DNA of 63,059 nucleotides, filler included, from Octopus bimaculoides (Eukaryota): NCBI RefSeq assembly GCF_001194135.2. It is 7 parts of 7 records of this genome, joined end to end, with 100 filler letters (N's around TTAATTAATTAA, not from the genome) between each part and the next. Parts side by side here need not be neighbours in the genome. Positions count along the whole stretch, not along the records: positions 51,554 to 63,059 come from NC_069002.1; 6 more parts are not named here. One strand, given 5' to 3'. A model generated the notes under the pieces. The model had not been told where the DNA came from and did no database searches. It saw only the letters and a program-made list of their open reading frames with translations. Position numbers and translations under genes: made by a program. This document shows, piece by piece, positions 51,590-63,059 of the stretch. Position 1 is the first letter of the stretch. Every line of letters begins with the position of its first letter.

Positions 51590-51825
51590 TTCTTCTAATC
51601 CTTTACTTGTTTCAGTCATTTGACGGCGGCCATACTGGAGCACCACCTGTAAGGGTCTTAGTCGAACAAATTGACCCCAGGACTTGTGTTTTTTTAAATA
51701 TTTTTAAGGCTAGTACTTATTCTGTCGGTCTCTTTTGCTGAACCGTTACGTTACGGGGGACATAGACACACGAACATCTGTTGTCAAGTGGTGATGTTGG
51801 AGGGACACAAAAACAGACACAAAGA
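51590..51825 (-). mobile_element. Family-B SINE, 3' half
   Basis: ctttacttgtttcagtcatttgacggcggccatactggagcacc...tagtacttattctgtcggtctcttttgctgaaccg. Confidence 0.82.
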
Positions 51826-51829
51826 CACT

Positions 51830-51865
<36 letters not shown>

Positions 51866-52975
51866 TAAAACACCTCTGTTCTTATGCCTTTCGGAAGCTT
51901 ATTCTTTTGTATCTCTCCTCAAAATATATTTGGTCACACTGCTCTGCATCTAAGATATATACATGTAACACACCATTTCTTCCAAATTATACGCCATGAT
52001 ACTACTGTGCCGTGGCCAACATATAACCTGACCCTCAAATCGTGCACCACGTTGCTACTGTGCCACATGCACCCTACAAAACTAATGCAGCTTCCAATGT
52101 CTGAATATATATATATATTTCTATTACGCAAGTTCCTTGTCACTGTCACATCCAATCCATACAATTTAGTATAGGTAAACAAAATGGTGAAGCTATCATT
52201 CAGATTATGAGCCAATGTTTCGTATTTTCTTTCGTTTATATATTTCCAGGTTTGTTTGCTTGATTTATTAGTTGGCTGATCGTTCTGCTTCGCTGGATTC
52301 TGTCCCTTTTTACCTTGTCGCCCTTTCTATTTCCTGCTGTTTTCTGGAGGATTTTTACATTTTGTTTTCCAAATCGATGATTGTTAAACGAATTCTTTTG
52401 TGGGCCGCTAATGGATATTTCCTTCATCGAGCATATACAATACAGAAAGGAATTAGTTTGACAGTTATACTAAATTATTATTATACATCTACTAATTCTG
52501 TTTGCGTTTTATTCAGGTTGAAATCGTTTGTCAGCTCTCTGCTCTGTGTCACTCTACATGTCCATCTACTTTTCTATCTGTGTGTATGCGTTTCTCTGAA
52601 TGGTCACATGATAGATTTTTTTTACCGTTATTTATTTATATTTTGTTTTTCTGTTTGTCCGTCTGTCTCTGTGCATCTATATGTGTTTGAACGAGTGTTT
52701 TGTGTGGCGCCTGTATGCGTGTATGAGAGATTGTATGTGTGTTTATGTGTGACAACCTATATGTGGATGTGAGTGCGTATTTTTTCTCAATTTCTGATAA
52801 CTATCACGAACGGTCAATTTCTAATTTTTTACTTTTATGTTATATATTTTTTGCTTTTGTTTTTATATTTGTAAGTTTGTGTGTGTGTGTTTTCTCCAAA
52901 CTTCTGGACAAATCCACTTCCAATGGCCAGCTTCCAGCATTTTCTTAACCATGTTCTGCTGTATTTTACGTTTCT

Positions 52976-53103
<128 letters not shown>

Positions 53104-53379
53104 GTGTGTGTGTTTATATATCGTCAATCGTTTCAAAATTACATCCGTTTACTTTCTAACGTACACCCTGTATCGTTTTGTTTGCACGAAGCCCTAATTC
53201 TCCGCAAATTTTGCGGGTACCGCCGATGTACGAATTCTTAGTCTTATCATTAAAGGCATGAAACTGTGCAGTAGTATTTCGGTCGTTAACTGATGAAGAA
53301 TTAGGTTCCTTCTGTGTCCGTACTATGTGTACTTTTTTTAGTATCTACTAAAAATTTTAGCTATTTCTCCGTAGACTGA

Positions 53380-53570
53380 AAAGAATGACCAATAACCTTA
53401 ACCGATTTCCGAACCCTATTGGGTTCTCATCACAGGCATCTACATCATTCTGACAGTCTCTAGAGAAACATGGGGATTAACACATACTTTAAGAAATTAT
53501 TATTTCTTATATTTAATTGTTTATGTTATTTTATTTACTCCATGTGCCCAGACTTTGTGGACACCCTGTA
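53380..53570. mobile_element. One end of a Tc1-like DNA element
   Basis: Ends gactttgtggacaccctg|ta, the reverse complement of TA|CAGGGTGTCCACAAAGTC, related to the TIR at 43982. No partner end was found. Confidence 0.55.
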
Positions 53571-53989
53571 TATACATATATATGCGCGTGCGCGAGCGCA
53601 TGCGTGCGTGCGTGTGTGTGTGTGTGTGTGTGTGTGCATGTCTAAATATGTGTGTGTCCCTATACGTGCACACGTGTGTTCGTTTGATTATTCGCGTGTC
53701 TGTGTGTGTAACGGTGCATATTTTATATCCTTCAAACTTCCCTTACAGAGCAAACAGAAAACCAACGGTCAGACATTAGCCTTTTGCCTTGTTTTATTTC
53801 CCTGTTTGTCTGTCTGTCTGCCTGCCTGTTTGTTGTTTATCGCTCTGTCTGTCTGTTTGTCTTTCTGTCTGTCTGCTTGTGTTTGCTTGATTCGTCGGTT
53901 GAATGACCACTCCTGCTGATTAAATCTCAAACTACTGAAGCATGACAGTTCAAAGTTCAACAAATGGTAATCAACGATTATGAAGCAAA

Positions 53990-55310
53990 TAGTTTTTTTT
54001 TGGATATTATTATTATTATCATTATTATTATTATTATTATCATCATTATTATTATTATTATTATTATTATTTTTATCTTTATTATCATTATTATTATTAA
54101 TATTATTATTATTATTATTCTTATCTTTATTATCATTATTATTAATATTCTTCTTATAATTATTAATGATATTATTACTATTATCATTATCATTATTACT
54201 ATTATCATTATCATTATTACTATTAATATTATTATTAATAGTATCATTATTATTATTCTAGTTTTTATCATTACTATCATAATAATAATTATGATTAAAT
54301 TATTATTATTATTAATAATAATATTTTATTATTATTATTATTATCATCATTATTATTATTATTATTATCATCATCATTGCCTTTGCACAGCTTCTAACGC
54401 TGGAGATTATTATTATTAGTATTGTTATTGTTGTGTTTATTGCATATTGTCCCAGTTGCTTCCGTTTATAGTCGTTCGTATTGGAATGAAGTAAAAAAGT
54501 TGTTGGTTGGTAGGTTGCTGGTATGGTGACGGTGGTTGTTGTGGTAGTGGTGGTGATGGTGGCGGTGGTCGTTCTAGTAATGATGATGTTGGTGGTCATA
54601 CTGGTGGTGGGGCATTACTGTGGTGTTGGAGGTGGTGGTAGTAGTGGTGATAGTGATTATTGTGGTGGTGGTGGTAGTGGTGGTGATGATTGATTGTAGC
54701 ATGGGTAGCATTGGGGGTGGGTAGCTGCCGCAGTGGTGGTAGTGTTGATAGTGGTGGTGGGGTGTTTGTCTAGAAGGGATGGTGTTGATGGTGGCGTTGT
54801 TTGTTTTGGTGGTGTTTGTGGCTGCGATGGTGGTGATGGTGTTAGTTGTGCCTCGGCTATGAAATGAAGAATGTTATTTAATCAATTACAATTACAGCTG
54901 TAATTAAAAGACGAAAAAAAATAGGAGAAAAACAACCCTTTTATAAATGTCGTTAACCTTTATGGTAATTCGTTGGCAAAAAGAAAAGAAAACTGAAAGA
55001 AAGGAAGGAAGGAGAGAGAGAAAGGAGGAAAAAGAGAGAAAGAAAGAAGAAAAGGAATATAGAAAGGGAAGGAAGGAAGGAAGGAAGAAAAAAAGAAAGA
55101 ATGAAACAAAGAAACACAGAAAGAAAGAAGGAAAGAGAGAGAGAGAGAGGAAGAAAGAACGTAAAAAAGAAAGAACGTAAAAAAGAAAGAATAAAAACAA
55201 AAGAACGAAAGAAAGAAAAAGGGAAGACATAAAGGAAGAAAGGAAGAAAGAAAGAAAAAAAGGAAGAGAGAAAGAAAGGAAGAAGGAAAGGTAGAATGAT
55301 AAGAAAAGAA
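53990..55310. repeat. Low-complexity block: degenerate (ATT/ATC)n, then (GGT)n, then purine-rich (GAAA/GGAA)n
   Basis: Direct reading. It is the source of the poly-I, poly-T and K/R/E-rich ORFs. Confidence 0.9.
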
Positions 55311-56714
55311 CTCCGAAATTAAAATTGGTTAAATATTGAATTCAAGAGATGGTGCATTGAAGGGGGAATGCATCTGATAAGGTTTGTTGAATAGGGAGAC
55401 AACTGGGGACATGCTCCAGGCTTATTAGTTCTCACTCGGGCCTCTTAAGTTTTATAATAACTGAGTAGATAAAGACTTTGAGTGAAACAACAGGCATGGA
55501 GTAAAGGATTTGAAATAACGACACCATCTTGAAACAGGTGTCGCGATAAGACATTGCATAATTTTCTTTCCTTATTTTGTAATCTGTATTTTGCTTCTCT
55601 ACCTTATTACATCCATAACACCTCGACAAGAGTTGCTCTTGTATCCAGTTTCGATGCTGAGGCACTGGCCCTGGTTGAAGCCAACTACAGCGAACGTGCT
55701 CTAAACGGCATATTACAAAGTGTATCCCCAAATTTAAACGCATATATNNNNNNNNNNNNNNNNNNNNNNNNNNNNNNNNNNNNNNNNNNNNNNNNNNNNN
55801 NNNNNNNNNNNNNNNNNNNNNNNNNNNNNNNNNNNNNNNNNNNNNNNNNNNNNNNNNNNNNNNNNNNNNNNNNNNNNNNNNNNNNNNNNNNNNNNNNNNN
55901 NNNNNNNNNNNNNNNNNNNNNNNNNNNNNNNNNNNNNNNNNNNNNNNNNNNNNNNNNNNNNNNNNNNNNNNNNNNNNNNNNNNNNNNNNNNNNNNNNNNN
56001 NNNNNNNNNNNNNNNNNNNNNNNNNNNNNNNNNNNNNNNNNNNNNNNNNNNNNNNNNNNNNNNNNNNNNNNNNNNNNNNNNNNNNNNNNNNNNNNNNNNN
56101 NNNNNNNNNNNNNNNNNNNNNNNNNNNNNNNNNNNNNNNNNNNNNNNNNNNNNNNNNNNNNNNNNNNNNNNNNNNNNNNNNNNNNNNNNNNNNNNNNNNN
56201 NNNNNNNNNNNNNNNNNNNNNNNNNNNNNNNNNNNNNNNNNNNNNNNNNNNNNNNNNNNNNNNNNNNNNNNNNNNNNNNNNNNNNNNNNNNNNNNNNNNN
56301 NNNNNNNNNNNNNNNNNNNNNNNNNNNNNNNNNNNNNNNNNNNNNNNNNNNNNNNNNNNNNNNNNNNNNNNNNNNNNNNNNNNNNNNNNNNNNNNNNNNN
56401 NNNNNNNNNNNNNNNNNNNNNNNNNNNNNNNNNNNNNNNNNNNNNNNNNNNNNNNNNNNNNNNNNNNNNNNNNNNNNNNNNNNNNNNNNNNNNNNNNNNN
56501 NNNNNNNNNNNNNNNNNNNNNNNNNNNNNNNNNNNNNNNNNNNNNNNNNNNNNNNNNNNNNNNNNNNNNNNNNNNNNNNNNNNNNNNNNNNNNNNNNNNN
56601 NNNNNNNNNNNNNNNNNNNNNNNNNNNNNNNNNNNNNNNNNNNNNNNNNNNNNNNNNNNNNNNNNNNNNNNNNNNATATGCCAGTGTATGTGTGTGAGTA
56701 TGTATGTATGTATG

Positions 56715-56746
<32 letters not shown>

Positions 56747-56750
56747 GAAA

Positions 56751-56830
<80 letters not shown>

Positions 56831-56930
56831 TCTCTCTATCTATCTGTGTTTGTCTATCTGTCTGTCTGTCTGACTGTCTGCCTGCATGCCTGCCTGTCTG
56901 TCCGTCCGTATATATGTCTGCCTGCCTGCC

Positions 56931-56975
<45 letters not shown>

Positions 56976-57650
56976 GCCTGCCTGCCTGCCTGTCTGTCTC
57001 TCTCTCCATCTATCTATGTGTCTATGAAAGTATGTACGTATGTGTGTATGTGTATATATAAGTGTGTGTGAATGTATGTATGCATGCATATATGTATGTG
57101 TATATGTATGCATGTACGTATGTATATATGCATGCATGCATGTATGTATGTATGCATTCCAGTTAAAAAAAACAAAAATTCAGTCGTTCGGTTTTCGCCA
57201 ACGCTAAAAGCCATTAAACGGACGCCATCTTGTTCCTGTCTCAAATTTTACTTTATTTTGTTCCGTACGGAAGTTACTCTCTATTCTAAAGCGGTCTTCT
57301 ACACACAGTCGTACATATTACAAATATGACCAACATCACTACTTCCTGGTTCTATAGCTGTATCAATAAACAGATCAATCACTGCCTTTGGTTTTAGCCA
57401 ATTGGATTTGATTGATGTGAGATAGGAGAAAGTCTTTGAAGAACCGTTCTTTGGAGTCTGATGGGAAATCAACTGAAATCAATAATCGATGTCATATAAG
57501 CTTGAAATGAGTAGGGTTTAAAGAGGGGTAGGTGACGGTTCAGGGTGGGGGGAGACGGGGAGTGATGTAGAATGTTTCTGTAGTGATACATATCGAAACA
57601 TTTGAATAAAGGCGAGGGAGGGAGGGAGGGAGAAAGAGAGAGAAATTGAA

Positions 57651-57684
<34 letters not shown>

Positions 57685-57738
57685 AGTGAGAGATAACGAT
57701 ATAGATAGATAGATATATAGACAGATAGATAGATAGAT

Positions 57739-57772
<34 letters not shown>

Positions 57773-57998
57773 TGATAGATTGATAGATATAGGTAGATAG
57801 ATGGATGGAAAGATAGAGAGGGAGAAAGATATATATNNNNNNNNNNNNNNNNNNNNNNNNNNNNNNNNNNNNNNNNNNNNNNNNNNNNNNNNNNNNNNNN
57901 NNNNNNNNNNNNNNNNNNNNNNNNNNNNNNNNNNNNNNNNNNNNNNNNNNNNNNNNNNNNNNNNNNNNNNNNNNNNNNNNNNNNTATATATATACAGA

Positions 57999-58034
<36 letters not shown>

Positions 58035-58399
58035 CAGAGACAGAGACAGAGAGGGAGAGACAGCAGAAAGGAGAGAGTATAGATCACTGGAATAATATCT
58101 GAGAGAAAAGACGACAGAGCTGGAAAGAATTATAAAGAATAAAAAAAAAGGAAAATAAAGAAAGAGTAAGACTGGGAGAAAAGGGTAGCTATACTGAGAG
58201 GAGGATAGAGGAAAAGGAAAAATAATAAAATCTAAGACATCAATCCTGCAGCTTATAAGAACTGGTTAATAATTGGTTTTAACAGAAACGGTGAACTGAA
58301 GTCTGAGTGAAGAGGTCATCCATGTAAAGTAGTGTCATTGAGTCGGTTGCAGATGTATTGCGAATGAAACTAATAATGTATGATGTTATTAAGGAATAG

Positions 58400-58740
58400 G
58401 AGCAAGCGTGACTGTGCGATTAGGAATCTCGCCTTGCAACAACGGAGTTTAGAGTTCATTTCGACTTAGTGCCACCTTGGGTAAGTGTCTTTCACTGCAG
58501 TTCCGAACGCCGGCTAATAATGTGCGAGTGAATTTGGTGGGCGAAATGCTTAGCGGTATTTCGTCTGACGCTACGTTTTAAGTTCAAATTCCGCCGAGGT
58601 CGACTTGCCCTTTCATCCTTTCGTGGTCGATTAAATAAGTACCAGTTGTGTACTGGGGTCGATATAATCGACTTAATCCGTTTGTCTGTCCTTGTTTGTC
58701 CCCTCTGTGTTTAGCCCCTTGTGGGCAGTAAAGAAATAGG
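58400..58740 (+). mobile_element. Diverged family-B SINE head (58400-58540) joined to a young 5'-truncated family-A SINE (58540-58740)
   Basis: gccaccttgggtaagtgtcttt...gtgaatttggtgg switches to gcgaaatgcttagcggtatttcgtctg...ccccttgtgggcagtaaagaaata. Confidence 0.8.
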
Positions 58741-58892
58741 AAAGTGTATGGAAGACAAACTACATATATGCATACATGTCTACGCACACAAACACGCACA
58801 CACATACACTATTAGATAATAAAATCGTATGGTATACACCTGGTGGCCTACCAGTAAAGTACGTTCACATTCACAGTGATCTTTGGGTATTC

Positions 58893-59046
58893 CATTAATG
58901 AGTCAGATGGAAGATGGGGGGATACGAGAATGTGTATTGATCAGCACAATTGTTTCCACCTGTCTAACATTGATGTTAGAAGGATCTAAACAATTGTACA
59001 GATCAATAAACATTCTCGTATCGCACATCTTCAGTATCTCCCATTA

Positions 59047-59049
<3 letters not shown>
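58893..59049. repeat. Imperfect ~155-bp palindrome (hairpin/MITE-like)
   Basis: Nested complementary blocks gatacgagaatg/cattctcgtatc, tattgatc/gatcaata, acaattgttt/aaacaattgt and tctaacat/atgttaga, plus outer aagatg/catctt. Confidence 0.88.
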
Positions 59050-59083
<34 letters not shown>

Positions 59084-59096
59084 NNNNNNNNNNCAC

Positions 59097-59127
<31 letters not shown>

Positions 59128-59159
59128 AACACACACACGCACGTACGCACGCAGAAACA

Positions 59160-59320
59160 CATACGAAGGGATTCTTTGAGTTTCCTCAAGCAAATCCACT
59201 CTCAAGGATTTGATCAGCTCGAGGATATTGTAGATGACATTTAACTAAGGTACCACGCAGTGAAACTGAAATGGAAACAATATGATTGGGAAGCGAATTT
59301 CTTGACAACACAGCCGTCAT
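59160..59320 (-). mobile_element. Diverged family-B SINE, 5' half
   Basis: Reverse complement ggctgtgttgtcaagaaattcgcttccc...actgcgtggtacctt...gagtggatttg. Confidence 0.7.
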
Positions 59321-59544
59321 TGACTTTATCGTACTGTCATTGACTTTATATTAATCATTGACATTATATGAAATGAAAGAATTAACTCCTTAGGCATCTC
59401 ACTCTCTTCTTGCAGAAATAAATGAATATCAAATATGAAGGCATATACAAATACTCAAGAGGCTTGATACTGTGAAACGGCAATTTCGTTAATCTGTTTT
59501 GAAAGCAACAAGGTCAATCAGAAGTATAGGAAAGTACGACTTAC

Positions 59545-59709
59545 TCTTGGTTTGTATATATTGAGGTAAAGACAATCCTCGCTGGACTTGTTGAACGACG
59601 GCATATGGAATTGTATATAACTCATACCCAGGGTTGACTGCAAACAAGCAGGTGCCAGTTCCAAGGCGTGTAGGACTTTCTTACCCCATCTCTTCGGAGG
59701 TTTCGGGTT
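59545..59709 (-). CDS. Internal coding exon of a type-B carboxylesterase/cholinesterase/neuroligin-family gene
   Basis: Minus strand reads polypyrimidine tract ...ttcttttatttcctctttgttgcAG | 165 nt | GTAAGT. It encodes NPKPPKRWGKKVLHALELAPACLQSTLGMSYIQFHMPSFNKSSEDCLYLNIYKPR, with the P..P..W...(A)..P.C.Q motif and the SEDCLYLN(I/V)Y.P type-B carboxylesterase signature. Splice phase 0/0. Subfamily cannot be resolved from this exon. Confidence 0.92.
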
Positions 59710-59789
59710 CTGCAACAAAGAGGAAATAAAAGAATAAATAGATATATCGTATCTAGAGGAAATCAATGACGTAGTTTTTGTTTTCTTTT

Positions 59790-59920
59790 ACCTTATACAA
59801 GTATATGGATAAGTTAGGGTTTTCAGAAAAAGAAATCGACCACCTAATTCATGTATTTCAAATAGAATCTGTGAGTGGAACAGTAAAAATCTGCAAAACT
59901 TTTCTCAAGTTCAAATGTAA
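59790..59920 (+). mobile_element. Probable C-terminal scrap of an RLE-type LINE
   Basis: MDKLGFSEKEIDHLIHVFQIESVSGTVKICKTFLKFK resembles the L..LGF...LI..LQ...V.GTVKICKTF..F ending I associate with R4-related elements (from memory). Confidence 0.5.
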
Positions 59921-60119
59921 ATTTGACTTTGTTATCTATATTCCAACGACGGAGTTGTGTATCTTATAAAAAGAAACCAGTTTCTTCCTCAGGGGAAAGC
60001 TTCAAATAATTACAAAGAGAGAACACACACATTCACTCACTCATGCACACACGTACACACACACACGTACACATACACACGTACACACACATACACACAC
60101 GCACACACACACAATTCTA

Positions 60120-60320
60120 TCTTTTACCTTTTACTTGTTTCAGTCATTTGACTGCAGCCATACTGGGGCACCGTTTTGAACAATTTTAGTGGAATGAATC
60201 GATATTTCTTAAAGCCTCGTACTTATTATATCGATCTATTTCGCTGAACCGTTAAGTTACGGGGACGTAAACACACCAAAACCGGTTGTCAAGCGACGGT
60301 GGGGACATACACAAAGAGAC
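60120..60320 (-). mobile_element. Family-B SINE, 3' half
   Basis: ttttacttgtttcagtcatttgactgcagccatactggggcacc...ccgttaagttacggggacgtaaacacacc. Confidence 0.82.
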
Positions 60321-60503
60321 ACATACACAAAGAGACACACACACACAGACTCACAGACACAGGCAGACAAACAGATAGATACACACGCATACATACACAC
60401 ACATATTTCGACTTTGAACTAGAACCAACCATACAGTTTATATACCTCCATACATTGATACATATATATATACATATACACACACCCATATATATATATA
60501 TAT

Positions 60504-60553
<50 letters not shown>

Positions 60554-61227
60554 GAATACGAGTATGCTTCGCTGTAAGACCTATAAAGCGGGAAGTATAT
60601 ACGCCATTGTCACCTTAGATAACAGAGCGGGAGTGTTTCCCTCCCCAAAACCTTTTACATATCTCCAATGTGCATTTTTGGTCAATTTAACTTATGGCAT
60701 TCCTTTCCGCTCTCCCTAGTTTTGAAATTAATTTTCATTAACGTTAATGACCTTTCTTCCCATTCTCATTATCATTATAATTTTAGTTGATTGAACATTA
60801 TATTCAAACGCTCACCACATTAGGTAAGGTACCCTGCACTTAATTATATAATAAAGCACAACATAACATATAATGAAATATCATAAGTGCAATGTAGTTA
60901 TATATATATATATATATATATATANNNNNNNNNNNNNNNNNNNNNNNNNNNNNNNNNNNNNNNNNNNNNNNNNNNNNNNNNNNNNNNNNNNNNNNNNNNN
61001 NNNNNNNNNNNNNNNNNNNNNNNNTATGTGTGTATGTATATATATGTATATATATATATATGTATATATATATACACACACACGTAGGTAAATATATTTA
61101 TAACTTATATACTTTTCTTATGCACTCCACTTTGCATATATGCATGAATGCATGCATGGGCAACGTATAATACACACACGCGCGCACACACACACATATA
61201 CATATATATGAGTTCTGAGAGGGAGGG

Positions 61228-61279
<52 letters not shown>

Positions 61280-61364
61280 AGTGAGAGAGGGCGTAATTGA
61301 TAAATGTGTGCTTTTTGTGTGTTTTGTGTATGGTTGTGTTTCTGGTCTTCGAATGCGTCTGTAT

Positions 61365-61435
61365 ATGCATATATGCATGCATGCATATATGCATGCATGC
61401 ATATATGCATGCATGCATATATGCATGCATGCATG
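61365..61435. repeat. Minisatellite with a 16-bp unit ATATATGCATGCATGC (~4 copies), self-reverse-complementary
   Basis: The unit's reverse complement is a circular permutation of itself, and the array is pure purine-pyrimidine alternation. Confidence 0.85.
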
Positions 61436-61789
61436 TATGTATGTGCATGTGGCAGAGCCTGAGAGAAAGAGAGGGAATGAGAGAAGGAAGGGCTGTGAGA
61501 GAGGGATAGAGAGTGAAAGGGAGATCAATTGATAAATAGATATATTGTGTTGGATGTTATTGTGTGGCTTTAATACCTTGTGTGGGAGAGTGTAGGTAGC
61601 TTTACCTTCAGAACAACAGTGAAAGCGACCAAACAAAATGGCCGCCTTTCACAATAGCTGTGGCATTGATCACATGATTGCACTCGGAGTGGGTCTTTAG
61701 CCAGATCAAAGAGGTATGAACTTACTATGCGCATGCGTTGCTATGGCATCAATAATCGGAAGCTTGAGTGTCGAACACTCAAGGTGGGT

Positions 61790-62330
61790 GATATAACGTA
61801 GATTTTGGCAAATGGTTTGAGAGGAATGACAAAGAAATAAAAAGGAAGGGTGAAAGTTTAGTGAAAGGTGAGTGAATGGAAGAGAGAAAGAAGAATAGAA
61901 GGATAGAAGATAGAATGAAGGTAAAATGAGTGATTGAGAGGAAAAGGGTGAGAGTAAAGAATAACTGAAAGAATACAGTAAATAATGGATGAAGAGTGGA
62001 AGAATGAAAGAAAGAAAGGAAAAGAAAAGGAGAAAGACGGAAAAGAGGGGGGATAAAGGAAAAGAAAGCGAGGAAGAAAGGGGGGAATGAAGATAGAGGG
62101 AAAAGAAAGAAAAAGGAAAGGAAAGGAATAAGGGATGAAAGAAAGTGAGAATAAATGAGAGGAATAATGAAATTAGAAGGAAGAAATATGTGAAAGAGAG
62201 AGAAAAAGTGAAAAAAGTGTGAAGGATAGAAAAGAAAAGAAAAAAAGGAAGAGTAACAGAAATGGATATGAAACGAATTAAGTAAAAATATAGAAATATA
62301 AAATGATAATTGCATTAATAAGCCGTTGTT
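61790..62330. repeat. Purine-rich (A/G) low-complexity tract
   Basis: Direct reading. It produces the F/S/L-rich 189-aa minus-strand ORF. Confidence 0.85.
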
Positions 62331-62486
62331 AGATCGGAGGAACTTCACGTGATTAAGACATCATCATTATCATCATTATCCTAATCAACATTAACAACAC
62401 CGTCATTATTATATGATTTATCATAAAAATCTTCATTGCTAACATCATGATCAGCGTGATGATGAAAATGATGATACATACATACA

Positions 62487-62517
<31 letters not shown>

Positions 62518-62519
62518 TA

Positions 62520-62772
62520 ATGTGCAGGTGGCTGAGCACTCCACAGACACGTGTACCCTTAACGTAATTCTCGGGGGGAGATTCAGCGTGACCCAGTGTG
62601 GGACAAGGCTGGCCCTTTGAAATGCAAGTGCTACTCTTTTTTGTCAGCTGAGTGGACTGGAGCAACGTGAAACAAAGTGCCTTGCTCAAGGACACAGCGC
62701 GTCGTCGGGAATTGAACTCACGACCTTACGATCGTCAGCCGAATGCCCTGACCACTAAGCCACTCACCTTCA
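62520..62772 (-). mobile_element. SINE family D (tRNA-like head plus CORE-like ccttgagcaaggcacttt)
   Basis: Reverse complement aggtgagtggcttagtggtcagggcattcggctgacgatcgtaaggtcgtgagttcaattcccgacg...tgtgtccttgagcaaggcactttgtttcacgttgctccagtccactcagctg. Confidence 0.85.
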
Positions 62773-62889
62773 CTGTACATACATACATGCATACATATTG
62801 TCTGAGGAAGAAATATAACCCGAAACTTCGATGTCACTTCCAACCTTTGCCTTGTGAAACTTTAATAAACACGTACCTTACCAGGGCTT

Positions 62890-62967
62890 CTTGAATAAAA
62901 TCATAATTAACTGATCCACCTCTCTTTTATTTTACTCTAAGCCAGGAACTTTATACCATGCTCTCGT
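62890..62967 (+). mobile_element. 3' end fragment of the mariner-MITE family seen at 2749-2940
   Basis: aaatcataattaactgatcc...aagccaggaacttt...ctcgta. Confidence 0.6.
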
Positions 62968-62970
62968 ACG

Positions 62971-63001
<31 letters not shown>

Positions 63002-63059
63002 ATGGAAACCCATATATAGCCATCCAAGCATGTAAAATTTAAATTGAAAAAAAATGATG

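Noticed and set aside
62690-62772. tRNA gene (also 8290-8363)
   Set aside because: It continues directly into SINE body sequence, has a poor acceptor stem and lacks a poly-T terminator. It is a SINE head.

Overview
Eukaryotic, AT-rich, microsatellite-saturated draft-assembly sequence with about 22 N gaps (roughly 6 kb). The repeat families (tRNA-headed SINEs carrying CA/TG tracts, R4/Dong, RTE-BovB, Penelope-like pieces) match what I recognise from octopus genomes, so it is probably Octopus. That assignment is from memory, not a database search. I can support only one host coding feature: a 165-bp, phase 0/0, minus-strand exon (59545-59709) of a type-B carboxylesterase/cholinesterase/neuroligin-family gene (C..Q...SEDCLYLNIY.P). 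I found neither its neighbouring upstream exon nor its downstream exons, so most of the window may be one very large intron or intergenic DNA. The rest is a dense record of mobile elements: three restriction-like-endonuclease LINE clades (R4/Dong, HERO, CRE), RTE-BovB, a Penelope-like RT relic, a hammerhead-ribozyme motif, mariner/Tc1 relics and MITEs, a Helitron-like element, a GG-ended MITE with an 8-bp TSD and an internal telomeric-repeat hairpin, and at least four SINE families, some nested with intact TSDs. Nearly every ORF in the supplied track is a translation of simple repeats, gaps or decayed TEs. I see no evidence of a new protein-coding system. The most promising leads are non-coding: the hammerhead, the telomere-repeat MITE, the fish-like HERO element and several long hairpins.
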